The notes below the pieces were generated by a model, which made no database searches, was not told where the DNA came from, and saw nothing but the letters and a program-made list of their open reading frames with translations. A DNA stretch of 63,596 bases, the filler included, from Octopus bimaculoides (taxonomy: Eukaryota), in NCBI RefSeq assembly GCF_001194135.2. It is 8 parts of 8 records of this genome, joined end to end, with 100 filler letters (N's around TTAATTAATTAA, not from the genome) between each part and the next. Parts side by side here need not be neighbours in the genome. Positions count along the whole stretch, not along the records: positions 1 to 6,065 come from NW_026302678.1; positions 6,166 to 10,141 come from NC_068991.1; positions 10,242 to 16,496 come from NC_068984.1; 5 more parts are not named here. One strand, written 5' to 3'. Position 1 is the stretch's first letter, and each line of letters begins with the position of its first letter. A program made the translations under genes and the position numbers. Shown in pieces: positions 1-13,074 of the stretch.

Positions 1-830
1 TGCAGAAAATACAGAACCCCAGCGATGTTGCACATCTGCAGCAGGAGTTGAACTCAATTTACAAATGGGCTGAGGATAATAATATGCAGTTTAATGCTGA
101 GAAATTCCAACCCCTGCACTACCAGCATCCAAAACTGAATATGAAACTTACAGGGTACTCTGATCCACAGGGAATTTCAATCCCAGAGCCGAAATCAGTG
201 AGAGACTTTCCAAGTGCACATCACCAGAAGGTGACAGAGTGCAGACAACTGGCTGGCTGGATCCTGAGAACATTCAGAACCAGAGAGAAGGAAACCATGA
301 TGGACCTCTGGAGGACATTCGTCTTCAGCCGCCTGGATTACTGCTGAGAGCTATGGTCACCCACCAGTGCGAAATTAACACTGGACCTTGAAACAATCAA
401 GAGAAGATTCAAAAAGAAGATCGTCTCTTTGCAACTGCTCAGCTACTGAGAAAGCCTGAAACAGCTAAGACTCTACTCCCTGGAGAGAAGGCGGGAGAAG
501 TGTGCTGTAATGTACATCTGGAAGGAATTGTGCAAAATTTTGGAATTGAAAGCTACACGAATGCCAGAATGGGTGACACTGCATAGTGCCAAAGATTCCA
601 GCAACGCCATGGTGCTTCAGGACCAGTTACTGTGACAGCCTGGGTTTCACGGGTGCACAGCTTTTTAATATTTTCCCAAGGAGCCCCAGATGAACCTACC
701 TTATGACAAGAGGTGCAAATAAGGGTAGCTACATCAACTCCATTCTTCACCAAGTGCCACATGTTGAAGGAGGCTCTCAGTAATAACAGTGTAGCAAAAC
801 TGGGGTGCATCAGCATGGCATCAGCTCTGA
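1..830 (+). mobile_element. CR1/L2-clade LINE, degenerate 3' reverse-transcriptase fragment
   Basis: The translation LQQELNSIYKWAEDNNMQFNAEKF...GWILRTFRTREKETMMDLWRTFVFSRLDYC, followed by LWSP, LETIKRRF and LYSLERR in broken frames, matches C-terminal CR1/L2 RT motifs. It contains multiple stops and frameshifts. Confidence 0.75.
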
Positions 831-894
831 ACTGAGACAACAGTAAAAGAAAATATTCATTTATGTATATATATATATATATATATATAAAGAC

Positions 895-2540
895 TAGATG
901 CTCCTGAGAGCTCCTCTATGCTGATGATCTTGCCCTAATTGTTGAGTCACTATCAGAACTAGAGGAGAAGTTTCAGGTGTGGAAGCAGGGACTAGAATCA
1001 AAGGGCCTTAGAGTCAACCTAGCTAAAACCAAAGTCCTAATAAGTAGGAAGTTAGACACAACACAAATCCCTTCAGGTAGATGGCCCTGCTTGATCTTTA
1101 GAAAAGGCGTAGGTAGAAACTTCCATAAGATGTACCCAGTGTAAGCTATGGACACATAAGAAGTGCAGCAATATCTAAAGAAGGCTAGCTAGGAAGATAG
1201 TTTTTCTATGTGCCAGATGCTCAGGAGCAATAAACACTGAAAATGTGCAGAAAACAACCTCTGCCAAACTCCAGGGAGAAAAACTAGACGTAGTTAATAG
1301 CTTCCGCTATCTAGGTGACCAAGTTAGTAGCGGGGGAGGATGTGCTGAAAGTGTAGCTACTACAATAAGAATAGCCTGGGCAAAGTTCAGAGAGCTCTTA
1401 CCTCTGCTGGTGACAAAAGGCCTCTCACTCAGAGGAAAAGGCAGACTGTATGACGCATGTGTACGAACCGCCATGCTACATGGCAGTGAATAATGCGCCG
1501 TGACTGGTGAGGACATGCGTAAGCTTGCAAGGAACGAAGCCAGTATGCACCAATGGATGTGTAATGTCAGTGTGCATACTAGACAGAGTATAAGTGCCTT
1601 GAGAGAAAAGTTGGACCTAAGAAGCATCAGATGTAGTGTGCAAGAGAGAAGACTGCGCTGGTATGGTCATGTGGTACGAATGGATGAGGATAGCTGTGTG
1701 AAAAAGTGTCACACCCTAGCGGTTGAGGGAACCTGTGGAAGAGGTAGACCCAGGAAGACCTGGGATGAGGTGGTGAAGCATCACCTTCGAACTTTTGGCC
1801 TCACCAAGACAATGACTAGTGACTGGGACCTTTATAATGCAGCATGTGAGAAGACCTGGCAAGCCAAGTGAGAGCATAATCTGTGGCCTCTGCCAGAAGT
1901 GTAGCCAGCTCACTTATTCTTATTTTACTTTATTGGCTAAACTCTGCTTGCAAAGACCTGTTGAGGCAAATGAAATTGATCCAAATTCAATGACTGGCAC
2001 CCATGCCAACCTCTCCTTCACTGGACACTAAACTCTGCTTTCGAAGACCTGTTGGGGCAAGTGAAATCGAAATCATAATTGAACCATATTCGATGACTGG
2101 CACCTGTGCCAGTGGAGCACGAACAGCAATGCCCGAGCGTGATCATTGCCAGAGCAGCTGTCTGACTTCCGTGCTAGTGGCAAGTAAATAGCACCACTTG
2201 AGTGATTGTTACCAGCGTCACCTTACTGGCACTTGTGCCAGTGGCATGTTAGAAAATCATTCGAGCAAGGTCGTTTCCAGTCCCGTTCGACTGGCTCCTG
2301 TGCATGTGGCACGTAAAAAAAAAAAACTCCATTTTGAGCATGGCCGTTGTCAGTACCGCGTGACTGGCCCTTGTGCTAGTGGAACGTAAAAGCACCCACT
2401 ACATTCTCAGAGTGGTTGGCGTTAGGTAGGGCATCCAGGTGTAGAAACTCTGCCGGATCAGATTGGAGCCTGGTGCAGCCACCCAGTTCACTAGTCCTCA
2501 GTCAAATCGTCGAACCCATGCTAGCATGGAAAGCAGATGT
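895..2540 (+). mobile_element. RTE-clade LINE, 5'-truncated (RT C-terminus, 3' UTR and (GAT)n tail)
   Basis: Motifs ELLYADDLAL, GLRVNLAKTKV, FRYLGD, IRIAWAKFRELLP, MLHGSE and RRLRWYGHVVRM...RGRPRKTW are present. The 3' UTR contains GGTTGGCGTTAGG...GGCATCC and ends in GATGATGAT. Confidence 0.9.
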
Positions 2541-2627
2541 TAAACGATGATGATTATGATNNNNNNNNNNNNNNNNNNNNNNNNNNNNNNNNNNNNNNNN
2601 NNNNNNNNNNNNNNNNNNNNNNNTAAT

Positions 2628-2660
<33 letters not shown>

Positions 2661-2661
<1 letters not shown>

Positions 2662-3670
2662 TTGGGTTGGCAACTAAGTTTGTGCCTTTTATTTTAAATT
2701 TAGATGATTTTAAATGTTTAATAAAAAATAACAACTAATTAATCAATAATGTAGTCAGCCTTGTTTTTCACAACTTCTTCGCAAAGTTCAACAAGATTTT
2801 CAATACCTTGTTGGTAGAAATCAAACGACTTCCACTCGAAAATCTGATCCAACGAAGCTCGCAATTCTGCAGCAGTATTGAATGAAACTCCACGCATAGC
2901 ATTTGAAAGAGGTGGAAATCCATTGGTGCCAAATCAGGAGAGTTCGGCAGGTGTGGCAGCACTTCCCAGCCATACGATTGAATGGCTTTCTTGGTCATAT
3001 TGGCGATATGAGGGTCAGCGTTGTCGTGCAGCAGAGCTCCATACTGCCGATTAGGTCTTTTGTCTTGAATAGCTGTGTTGAGTCGTTGCATCTGTTGAAC
3101 AAAGAGTTCCGCATTGACCATTTGGTTCCCTTCAAGCAATTTGTAATGGATAGTCCCTTCCCAGTCCCACCATACGCACATCATTTTACACGGATGAAGA
3201 TCTTGTTTCACGCGTGGAGTTGCTTGTTTACCAGGGCTAAGCCATTCCTTACACCACTTCATATTGATGTACAGGCACCATTTTTTCTCGCTAGTAATGA
3301 TTTGGTAAAGAAATCGTTGTTTGTGTACACGAATTGAGTGGTGATGAGCAAGCAAACCAGTAGAGATTGTGGCTCATTGATTTTTGCTGTTGTCACTGAA
3401 AGCATGTGGAACCCATGCTCCATTCTTCTGAACCTCTCCCATCGAGTGAAGATGCTTCTCTATAGCAGTGTGGGAGCATTCCATTTTCTCTGCCAGTTCC
3501 CTTGTCATTTGACGAGAATTTTCGTGCAAAAGTTGGTTTAATCGCTCTTCATCGAACTCAACTGGATGACCAGAACGAGGTGCGTCTTTGAGGTCAGAAT
3601 TTCCCTTTTTGAACTTGGAATGCCAATCATGAGCAGTTCTTCATACACAGCACAAATGTCAAGGGCAGTT
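2661..3670 (-). mobile_element. mariner (DD34D-type) transposon remnant, transposase pseudogene
   Basis: ORF 2768-3355 has IITSEKKW (decayed TGDEKW), WLSPG, CVWWD, LLHDNADPH and HLPNSPDLAPMDFHLF. An HTH region (APRSGHP, TRELAEK) lies at 3450-3670. A TIR-like ATTGGGTTGGCAACTAAG follows a TA run at 2661. Confidence 0.9.
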
Positions 3671-4153
3671 TTATGGCCTTACAACATTGATTAAAAGCAA
3701 AAACAAGGTGTCGAAAATGCTTGTTTTTCTTAACTTGATATTCCATTTGAATGATCTGAATATAAGCAACAATAATCTAAAATTAACAAAAAAAAAAAAA
3801 AAAAAAAAAAANNNNNNNNNNNNNNNNNNNNNNNNNNNNNNNNNNNNNNNNNNNNNNNNNNNNNNNNNNNNNNNNNNNNNNNNNNNNNNNNNNNNNNNNN
3901 NNNNNNNNNNNNNNNNNNNNNNNNNNNNNNNNNNNNNNNNNNNNNNNNNNNNNNNNNNNNNNNNNNNNNNNNNNNNNNNNNNNNNNNNNNNNNNNNNNNN
4001 NNNNNNNNNNNNNNNNNNNNNNNNNNNNNNNNNNNNNNNNNNNNNNNNNNNNNNNNNNNNNNNNNNNNNNNNNNNNNNNNNNNNNNNNNNNNNNNNNNNN
4101 NNNNNNNNNNNNNNNNNATATATATATATATATACACACATATATTTATATAT

Positions 4154-5196
4154 TGTATGACGCATGTGTACGAACAGCCATGCTACATGGCATTGAAACA
4201 TGGGCCGTGACTGCTGAGGACATGCGTAAGCTCGCAAGAAACGAAGCCAGTATGCTCTGATGGATGTGTAATATCAGTGTGCATACTCGACAGAGTGTAA
4301 GTACCTTGAGAGAGAAGTTAGACCTAAGAAGCATCAGTTGTGGTGTGCAAGGTAGACGACTGCGCTGGTATGGTCATGTGGCAAGAATGGATGAGGATAG
4401 CTGTGTGAAAAATTGCCACACCCTAGCAGTTGAGGGAACCTGTGGAAGAGGTAGACCCAGGAAAAAATGGGATGAGGTGGTGAGGCACGACCTCCGAACA
4501 TTAGGCCTCACCGAGGCAATGACTAGTGACCGAGACCTTTGGAAATATGCAGTGCGTGAGAAGACCTGGCAAGCCAAGTAAGAGCATAAGCTGTGACCTC
4601 TGCCAGAAGTATGGCCAGCTCACTCATTCGTATCTTTACTTCACTGGACACTAAACTCTGCTTGCAAAGACCTGTTGAGGCAAGTGAATTTGAAATCTGA
4701 AATCAAAATCGAACTGAATCCGATGACTGGCACCTATGCCAACCTCTCTGCTTGTGAAGAACTGTTGGGGCAAGTGAAATCGAAATCGAAATTGAACCAT
4801 ATTCGATGACTGGTACCTGCGCCAGTGGAGCACTAACAGCACTATTCGAGCGTGTTCATTGCCAGAGCAGCTATCTGGCTTCCGTGCTAGTGGCCCCATA
4901 AATAGCACCATTTGAGCATAATCGTTACCAGCGTCGCCTTCTAGCACTTGTGCTGGTGGCACGTTAGAAAATCAATCAAGCGAGGCCGTTGCCGGTACAG
5001 TGTGCCTGACCCCGTGCCAGAGGCACGTAAAAGCACCCACTACACTCTTGGAGTGGTTGGCATTAGGAAGGGCATCCAGCTGTAGAAACTCTGTCAGATC
5101 AGATTGGAGCCTGATTCAGCATTCTGGCTTGCCAATCCTCAGTCAAATCATCCAACCCATGCTAGCATGGAAAGCGGATGCTAAACGATGATGATG

Positions 5197-5198
<2 letters not shown>
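4154..5198 (+). mobile_element. RTE LINE copy, 5'-truncated
   Basis: Colinear with 1445-2540. ORF 4264-4581 reads RRLRWYGHVARMDEDSCVK...RGRPRKKWDEVV, with the same 3' UTR and (GAT)n tail. Confidence 0.9.
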
Positions 5199-5249
<51 letters not shown>

Positions 5250-6027
5250 GGTATGTACATATGTGTATTTATGTATGCATATATTTATATTATTATATCA
5301 TTGAACACCACGCATCCTTTTTCAAATAAGTTTTATCTTAATAATTACGATGCACACACTTATACTATCTCTTTTCTGTCTGTCTATCTCCCTCTTGTTC
5401 TTCCTTTCTGTTTTCTCTCCTACTCTTTCCCTATTTTATCCTCTCTCCTTCACCGTTACCCATCTTTCTCTCTTCCTCCTTGACTCTCTTGTTGCTCACA
5501 CGTGACCAACGGCCATTCTTTCTTTCTTTCTTTCTTCCACTTCCTTTCTAAAGACAAGATGTACTTTTATCCGTCTCTTCTCAAAGTTTATTCTTCCAGT
5601 GTTCATCACTTCACATCGTTTGGCTTAACATCCCTCACCATTTGTTTTTACTGTTTTGTTCTCACTGTCCTGTTTTTGTTACCACTTTCACCCTCCGCAA
5701 AAAATCCCTAATTTTATTTAATTTGCTTTGTGGGAAGGACTGTTAAACGATGTCACATCTTGTCTTTACCTTCGAAACGCGGAGTAGATAAAACAGGGGA
5801 CAACTGATGAAGGGAACATTGTTTATGCTGCGTGTCTCGTTTCTCTGTTTGTTTGTTATTTCCATTGTTCGAAAAATGTTTGTTCACTACGTTTTTGTTT
5901 TTTTATGTTGTGGTTTCTCATTCTGATAACGCTTTTTTGATGTCCTGTACCCATATATGCATGTGTATATACACATGTTTGTAGGTACGTACATGTGTAT
6001 GTATATATACATATATTTATATATACA

Positions 6028-6066
6028 TCTATATATATAAAAATGAGAATGTGTGTCTGTCTGTCN
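6028..6066 (+). mobile_element. 5' end of a Helitron-like non-autonomous element, cut by a gap
   Basis: A|TCTATATATATAAAAATGAGAATGTGTGTCTGTCTGTC is the reverse complement of the ends at 8566 and 10465. An A|TC start is typical of Helitrons. Confidence 0.45.
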
Positions 6067-6904
6067 NNNNNNNNNNNNNNNNNNNNNNNNNNNNNNNNNN
6101 NNNNNNNNNTTAATTAATTAANNNNNNNNNNNNNNNNNNNNNNNNNNNNNNNNNNNNNNNNNNNNTTAATGTCAACCAGAGAAGTTGAATTGTTGATAAT
6201 CTTTTTGACTTGGGTCTTATATCTATTGTTCAAATTTCTTTGAAATAGGAAATATATGTATGTTCACTGGGTTTGTAAAAGAGCAAAGCTACAGGAAACC
6301 AAAAGACGAATGATCACAATAAGCAGTCAGCTACCCTACTCTAGTCGTTACTACTCCTCAATGTAAGATTCCTCACCATACGTGTGATAGGCACAGCAGT
6401 AAGATGCATTACGGATCTATAGCAATTGGAAGGGTGTGACCCAACTGAAATAAACATTAACAACTGTGTGATGTGAGAGCTAAGGGTAAATGAAAGTATC
6501 ACCTCTGGAGTTTGCAACTGACCACTATACCGATATGTAACTGGACAGAATAAATTTAAAATCTATAAATGTTTTTGAATAACCAGTCACTCATCTGGGA
6601 AGGCCTTGAAATCAATGTTACCATCTGGGGATTATGTGTGACGCAGTGATAATAAAAAGACTCAAAGGAGGTCTGCAACGAAATAACTTTACTCAACACT
6701 TTGCAACTGAATCAGTGGAGGCAAAGATGCCTCTCATTTACTTGACAATTTATGCACCACATTGCAGAAATCACAATCTAAGTATATCCCAAAGCAAACT
6801 CTTACACTGTTGTACCATTGAATTACAAATGACACTCATCTTTTATGCTTGGGCGACCCTACAGCTTCCAAGAGTACAACTGTATTCGTCTTTGCTTTGA
6901 TAAA

Positions 6905-7538
6905 ATGACTAAATTGTGGGTGTTAAGTCCCCATGAAGGGGTATTTCTAACTTCTAAGAAGATGAAATTTTAGAAATATTACTTCGTTTGTGTCTAATAT
7001 CTATGGTTAAAATTTCATCAACAGCAAAAATATATGAATTTTATGGGGGGTTATGGCCCTTATGCATAGAATATAATTTCCAAATTTCATAAAGATCCAT
7101 TCAGTACTTTTGACCTAGTTTTGGATCATAAAAAAATGACTAAAATTTGAGAGTTAAGGCCCCCATTAGTGGGGGGGTCTTAGAATCCTCATGAGAAGTG
7201 GAAAGTTTGAGAATATTTCTTGATGTGTGTCAATTACCCATGGTTGAAATTTCATCAACATCGAACATTTATGAATTTTCATGGGGGGTTCTGCACCCTT
7301 TAAGCCCCCTCAAATTCAAACCAAACATTGCATCATACCTGTCCTTATGCATTGAATCTAAGTTCCAAATATCATAAGGATCTATTCAGTAATTTTGGTC
7401 CATGAAATTGTATGAAACACACAGCATTACCCTTCTCCCTAGGCTTGGATTTTGTGTTCCAAATTTCACTAGGATCTGTGCAGTAGTTTTTGAATGTACA
7501 AGTAACACACATAAAGACATTGACTTTTATGTAGTAGA
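6905..7538 (-). mobile_element. Helitron-like non-autonomous element with internal tandem duplications
   Basis: The minus strand starts A|TCTACTACATAAAAG. Two diverged ~230-bp units (~6908-7070 and ~7138-7300) and three CCAAAT(T/A)TCA..GATC units are present. Confidence 0.4.
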
Positions 7539-7608
7539 TATGAATATGCACATATACATACATGTATATATGTGTGTGTGTATTATATATATATATATNN
7601 NNNNNNNN

Positions 7609-7656
<48 letters not shown>

Positions 7657-7894
7657 CATACACACACACAAAAAGATAGATTGACAGCTACAACTGAGTG
7701 GGCAAACAAAAATATGAGACACTGCCTAGTGTTTTTTAATTTTTATTTTGATAAGCCTGGTACTTATTCTATCAGTTTCTTCTTGTCAAACCTGTAAGTT
7801 ATGGGGATGTAAATAAAGGAAGAGTTGTGAATGAGGGAAAAACACAGACAAAGACAGGCACATACCCTTACATATATACATACATTTATATACG

Positions 7895-8052
7895 ATTGAT
7901 TTCTTTCAGTTTCTGTTTACAAAATCCACTCACAAGGCTTTGGTTGGTCTGAGGGTATAGCAGAAGACACATGCCAAGTCACTACACAGTGGGACTGAAC
8001 CCAGGACCATGTGTTTTGGAACCAAGTTTCTTACCACACAGCCACACCTGCA
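7895..8052 (-). mobile_element. MetaSINE-type tRNA-derived SINE (head and central domain)
   Basis: Reverse complement of TGTGTGGTAAG...TTCAGTCCCACTG...GCCTTGTGAGTGGATTT, shared with the copies at 22130 and 25952. Confidence 0.65.
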
Positions 8053-8289
8053 CGTATGTATGTATTTGTGTGTGTATGAGTGTATATATGTATGCATGTA
8101 TATATGTGTGTATATATATATGTATACATATTACATGTACATCTATATATATACATCTACATGTATACATATACATCTATATATATATACATCTTTACAT
8201 ATACATCTATATATATACATCTTTACATATACATCTATACATATACAGCTATACATATACATGCATACATTTGTGCAGCCTGTATATAT

Positions 8290-8566
8290 GTGAGATAATA
8301 GCTTTACTTTAATAGTATCAGTATTAAAGTGAAAATATCTGACATTACAATAGAGAGATGTTATTTCACTTTTGACACGTAATACTGTAATAGTGGAGAA
8401 GATATGATATTGCTCTGGGCTCGCACTAGGCAATAAGTTAAACATTTTTTTGGTCTAAGACACTACATGGCATGTGTAAAATTTGAATGAAATTGGTTGT
8501 GTAGTTGTTCTCAAGTTTTAGGGATTCACACAGACAGACACATATTCTCATCTTTATATATATAGA
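8290..8566 (-). mobile_element. Helitron-like non-autonomous element
   Basis: Shares AAAATTTGAATGAAATTGGTTG...TTTTAGGGATTCACACAGACAGACAC..ATTCTCAT.TTTATATATATAGA with 10242-10465. Confidence 0.45.
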
Positions 8567-9141
8567 AGATAGTATGTACTATTTTAGACGCCTCCCCAAT
8601 TAAACATGAATAAAATTTAATGTGAATCGTGATTCTTTCACTTTTGATACTTTTGAATCAGTGCTGATCGCGATTATGTGAGAGAATAAAAAAACATGTT
8701 TTTGGAGGATCATTTTCTTTGCCATCAGACTTTGTTACGTGCATAATTTTTGATTAAATTTTCCAGTGACACATTTTCGATGGTTCAGATTACGATCATT
8801 ATTGTCTTTGGTTAATTTTATCAAGAGTTCTCTGGTCGATTTGTTCAACTAAACCCTTTAAGGTAGTGCCCCAGTATGGGTGCAGCTCAGTCACTGAATC
8901 AAATTTAATAAAGATAATATGCTCTACATACCACAAAAATCTATCTCGAAAAATTTCACTTAAAAATGTTTATTTTTAATAAACTTATGGAGAAAAAGTC
9001 AGCGGTAGGGGGCACTTCTGTGGTTATGCCAGCGAAGGAATACAAGAAGGTTTAAAAGACTAACAGGTTTTGGATAGCAACGGAAAAGTAAAGAAAAAAA
9101 AAAGAAGACCACCAAACAGGAGAGAGGGAAGCAAAAATATG

Positions 9142-9603
9142 GGATCTTTATGGTTTGACGGGCAACATTTTTGTACTGGTTTTAGCCTTAGGGTTTTAGG
9201 GTTCGGGTTTTAGAGTTAGGGTTAATTTTAGGATTACGGTTAGGGTTATAATTATTTTTGCCATAACATTAACCCTAACCCTATAACTCATAACCATAAC
9301 CTTAACCCCAACCCTAACCCTAACTTTAAAACCCGAACCCTAACCCTAAACCCTTACTAGGGAATAATGATATAATTAAACAGGGAATAACACACTTGAC
9401 ACCGAACAGCACTAACTGTATTCAGCTGAATAGACGTCAGTGATTGGTTGAAATTACAGAAATACAACGACTTTAACATGAAGTAATTTTTGTTAAGAAG
9501 GCTAAGAGAAAAAGATGTTTTATATGACACATTCTACCAGTATACCAAGTTTGAAGGTGTTTCGTTAAGAAAACAAGTGTTGCCCGTCAAACCATAAAGA
9601 TCC
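9142..9603. mobile_element. MITE, 462 bp, with perfect 26-bp TIRs and an 8-bp TSD
   Basis: TIR GGATCTTTATGGTTTGACGGGCAACA (9142-9167) has its exact reverse complement at 9578-9603. TSD AAAATATG lies at 9134-9141 and 9604-9611. Confidence 0.9.
9186..9356. repeat. Inverted telomere-like repeat pair, (TTAGGG)n-like followed by (CCCTAA)n-like
   Basis: Degenerate TTAGGG units run ~9186-9250 and CCCTAA units ~9273-9356, both inside the MITE. Confidence 0.85.
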
Positions 9604-10241
9604 AAAATATGTTATAAGTTGGTAGTGAAATAATCTGTTGAGGTAACTAGCGATCGATTAACAAATGACGGCCACAAGAAGAAAAGGGGGAAAAAACAGG
9701 AAAAACAAATAGACGTCCACCAGACATTTTATGTACGAGGATGAACAGTAGCTGCAAGAACTGTGGCAGATCGATCACAATAGTGGAAGCCTTACCAATA
9801 ATTAACTTTTTAAAATCACGATTTAACTGTTTATATCTAAGTATCTGTCTGTTTGTCTGTCTGAGTATCAGTCTCTATCTGAGTATAATAATAATAATTG
9901 GTTCTGTTTTATTGGCCACAAGGGCTAATATAAATCAAAACATATAAGGACAAAGACAGGACGAAAGGTACAAAGGGTTTGTTCAAAAAGAAAAAAACGT
10001 TCGTGTAAACATTAAAATAACAACGAAAAATATAACAAAACACTCAACGGGGGGAGGTGCTTCGAAAGGTTACTCATGGAAAAACCCATAAAAGCCACGG
10101 GAGCCTGGTCAGAAAGGGTAGAGAGCCCCTTCTTTTATATTNNNNNNNNNNNNNNNNNNNNNNNNNNNNNNNNNNNNNNNNNNNNTTAATTAATTAANNN
10201 NNNNNNNNNNNNNNNNNNNNNNNNNNNNNNNNNNNNNNNNN

Positions 10242-10408
10242 TGACACGTAATACTTGAATAGTGGAGGAGATATTATGTTGCCGTGGGCTCGAACTCTGC
10301 AAGAATTAAAATTTTTTTTTTTACTAAAACACAACTGGAACCCTAAGTAAGGCATGTGTAAAATTTGAATGAAATTGGTTGCGTAGTTCTCGAGTTTTAG
10401 GGATTCAC

Positions 10409-10439
<31 letters not shown>

Positions 10440-10465
10440 CACATTCTCATTTTTATATATATAGA
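10242..10465 (-). mobile_element. Helitron-like non-autonomous element (same family as 8290-8566)
   Basis: Shared sequence with a (GACA)n tract. The minus-strand start is A|TC at 10466/10465. Confidence 0.45.
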
Positions 10466-12336
10466 TAAACATTATATGTGTGTGTGTGTGTGTGTCATAT
10501 CACCTGTCCACACACACACATATACACATATCATCTCTTATCTATAGGCGCGCGCGCGCACACACACACACATATATATATACACGCACACATATATATA
10601 TATCAGCTAACACTTATACATCAACGCTCACACGCGAAAACTCACGTAAATACGTAATACAAGAATGCTTAGATATATATCCACTCAAGTACACACACAG
10701 ATACACACATAGAGATAAACACACGCACACATACATAGAGACAAACACACCCACACACACACACGCACACACACACACCAACATAAAGTGCGTATGCATA
10801 CACATAAAAGCGCAGAGACACATACATACATACAATAACGTGTAACTTTTCTCAACCACTCCACCGCCCCTCACATTACGATGACGTCATCGATGACGAG
10901 GACGACTTGTTCAAGAATTTTGGTGTCTACCTCAAAAAATAAAAATGACCGATTGCTGTAGGTGGATCACAGCCAACACATCGCTACTGACATTTCGATA
11001 CGAGATAGCTGGGAGCTGTTGATAAATAGCATCTTTCACATCCTGTTCCTGAAGGAGGAATAAATAGATGAGGAGGAGAAGAGGGAGGAGGAGAAAGAAG
11101 AAGAGCTATTGCAATTACGTAGGTAGGTCGTGGTGGTGGTGGTAGTGTTGGCGGTGGTAGTGTTGGCGGTGGTACAGGTGGTGGTGGATGGTTTTTCAAA
11201 GAGATTCGGATGAAAGAAAGTCCTTGAGATGAGGAAATTGCGAAAGAATGTGGGAGGATGTGATGAGAGGAAGAAGAGTAGGAAGAGAATGATGGTGGTG
11301 GTGGTGGAGTTGGATGGTTAGATAAACGGTGGTCAGCTTGTGGATGGATGCATGTATTGATGGATGCATGGATTCTTTGGTGGGTGGGGAGTGTTGTTGG
11401 TGGAAGAGTGATAGGTCGTTAGAGAGTGTAAATAGACAATCTAATGACATGCTGATGTCTCTTCATACTGACCTCATTTGTCATTCCATCTACTGAAAGT
11501 CCTATGGAGATGAAAGAGCGGCGTCATGTTTAGACTTAACCAATAGGAAACACACACACACACACACAGAGTTATGGAGAGGTCTGCAGCGGGATTGAAT
11601 AACAATCTGAGAGGTCGTGAACGGAAAGTCAATAATTCCATTGACAGCGAGGAAGCAAAAAGGAGACGGTAATCTGTGAAGATAAAGTAATCACCATGGA
11701 TGGATGGATAGATGAATGGAGGAAATACGGCTAAGCATTTTTCCCGGCGTACTAACGTTTTTGTCTGCTCGCCGCCTACATGTCTAGAAAAAATATTGGT
11801 TATGTTGTTAGACGTGTAAAGGAAGGAAAGTGATATATTAGGGTAGGTCGATTTTGGAACTGTAATCTTGGACTAGTCTAGATAGAAAGGTTTTAATGTA
11901 TAGAAAACGTTGCATTAACTCTTATTTATGAAAATGATTGTATGTTTTGAGCATTCTCAGTTATTTTAAGTTGTAAAATTGTATAATTTTATACATAAAA
12001 ACCCAACCATTGGACCTAATTTAATTAAAATAACTAATTAAAATTTGTTGTTTTCAACAAAACAATGCTTAAAATTTGTTCAAATGCTTTATAGATGTTT
12101 ATTGATGCATCATTTTGTACTCTCTAATGACATTTGCCTATCAAATGCTTATTAAATTAGATTATTTTCAGATTTGTTTTATAAAAATGGGTATAAAAAG
12201 AAAGTCTGCACTCGAAGTGATGGTGCAAAAAAATTCGGTGGTCAGCCTTCCCTTTTAGATAAAACAGAGCCTCCTACCCTCAGCCAAGTTATTCTGTATA
12301 GTTATTTCCTCCAGAATAGCCACCCGGACTTGAAAG

Positions 12337-12998
12337 GGTTCTAGGTAAATTCCACCAAGGTATATTCCACCATGGTAAATTCCACCCTTGGACATATTTC
12401 CAGTATAAGCTGCTCCCGCTAATAATCACCGTGGTGAGTTTCTCTAGACCCTGGATCAATACCTGTGTTATTTAGTCTGTCTGTCTCTCAATTCTTAAGA
12501 AGAGAGAGAGAGAGTCTGAAGGGGAGATAAAAAATAATCTTTATAATCTTCTTGAATTGTGATGGGATCACTTTAACGTACTCCCATCGAGTAAGAATCT
12601 ATGAAAAAGACTCATCACAAAATTTCAAAAATAATACAATTTGGAATAAAGAAATAAAAGATTAAATTTTAGCACACACTTTATTATAACAATAGGATAA
12701 AAAAAAAATAACAGCGAATGCATTGTGAAGCAGAGTTAGGATAAAAAAGTTTAATTTTTTTTTTTAATTTCCTAAGACAAATTGTGTGCAATACTTCTTA
12801 AAATTTGCAATATTTCTTTAAAATTTCAATGAATCTTTTTTGATACTGCTTCCTCATTCAGGTGTTAAAAATATTCACCGTGTATTTCTTTGTGTGATTG
12901 TACCTTAATTATTTTTCTCTCTCGTATTTTTTGTATTCATTGACATTATTGCATTTACTTTTTATATATTTTTTTTTATTTCCATAATATCGTAATCC

Positions 12999-13074
<76 letters not shown>

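Noticed and set aside
5755-5830. Permuted hammerhead (GAAAC...CTGATGA), also at ~50610-50655
   Set aside because: Core words are present but I could not form stem I. It is probably a Penelope-type terminal repeat fragment without a valid fold.
6110-6121. Recurrent TTAATTAATTAA motif as a biological repeat
   Set aside because: It always sits between N runs and has stops in six frames, so it is an assembly spacer.
9186-9356. Telomere-telomere fusion scar
   Set aside because: It is short, its variant units mirror each other, and it is enclosed in a MITE with TIRs and a TSD.
10945-11051. Minus-strand exon candidate EQDVKDAIYQQLPAISY... after a strong polypyrimidine tract
   Set aside because: There is no convincing donor before the in-frame stop and no similarity to talin or any family I recognise.
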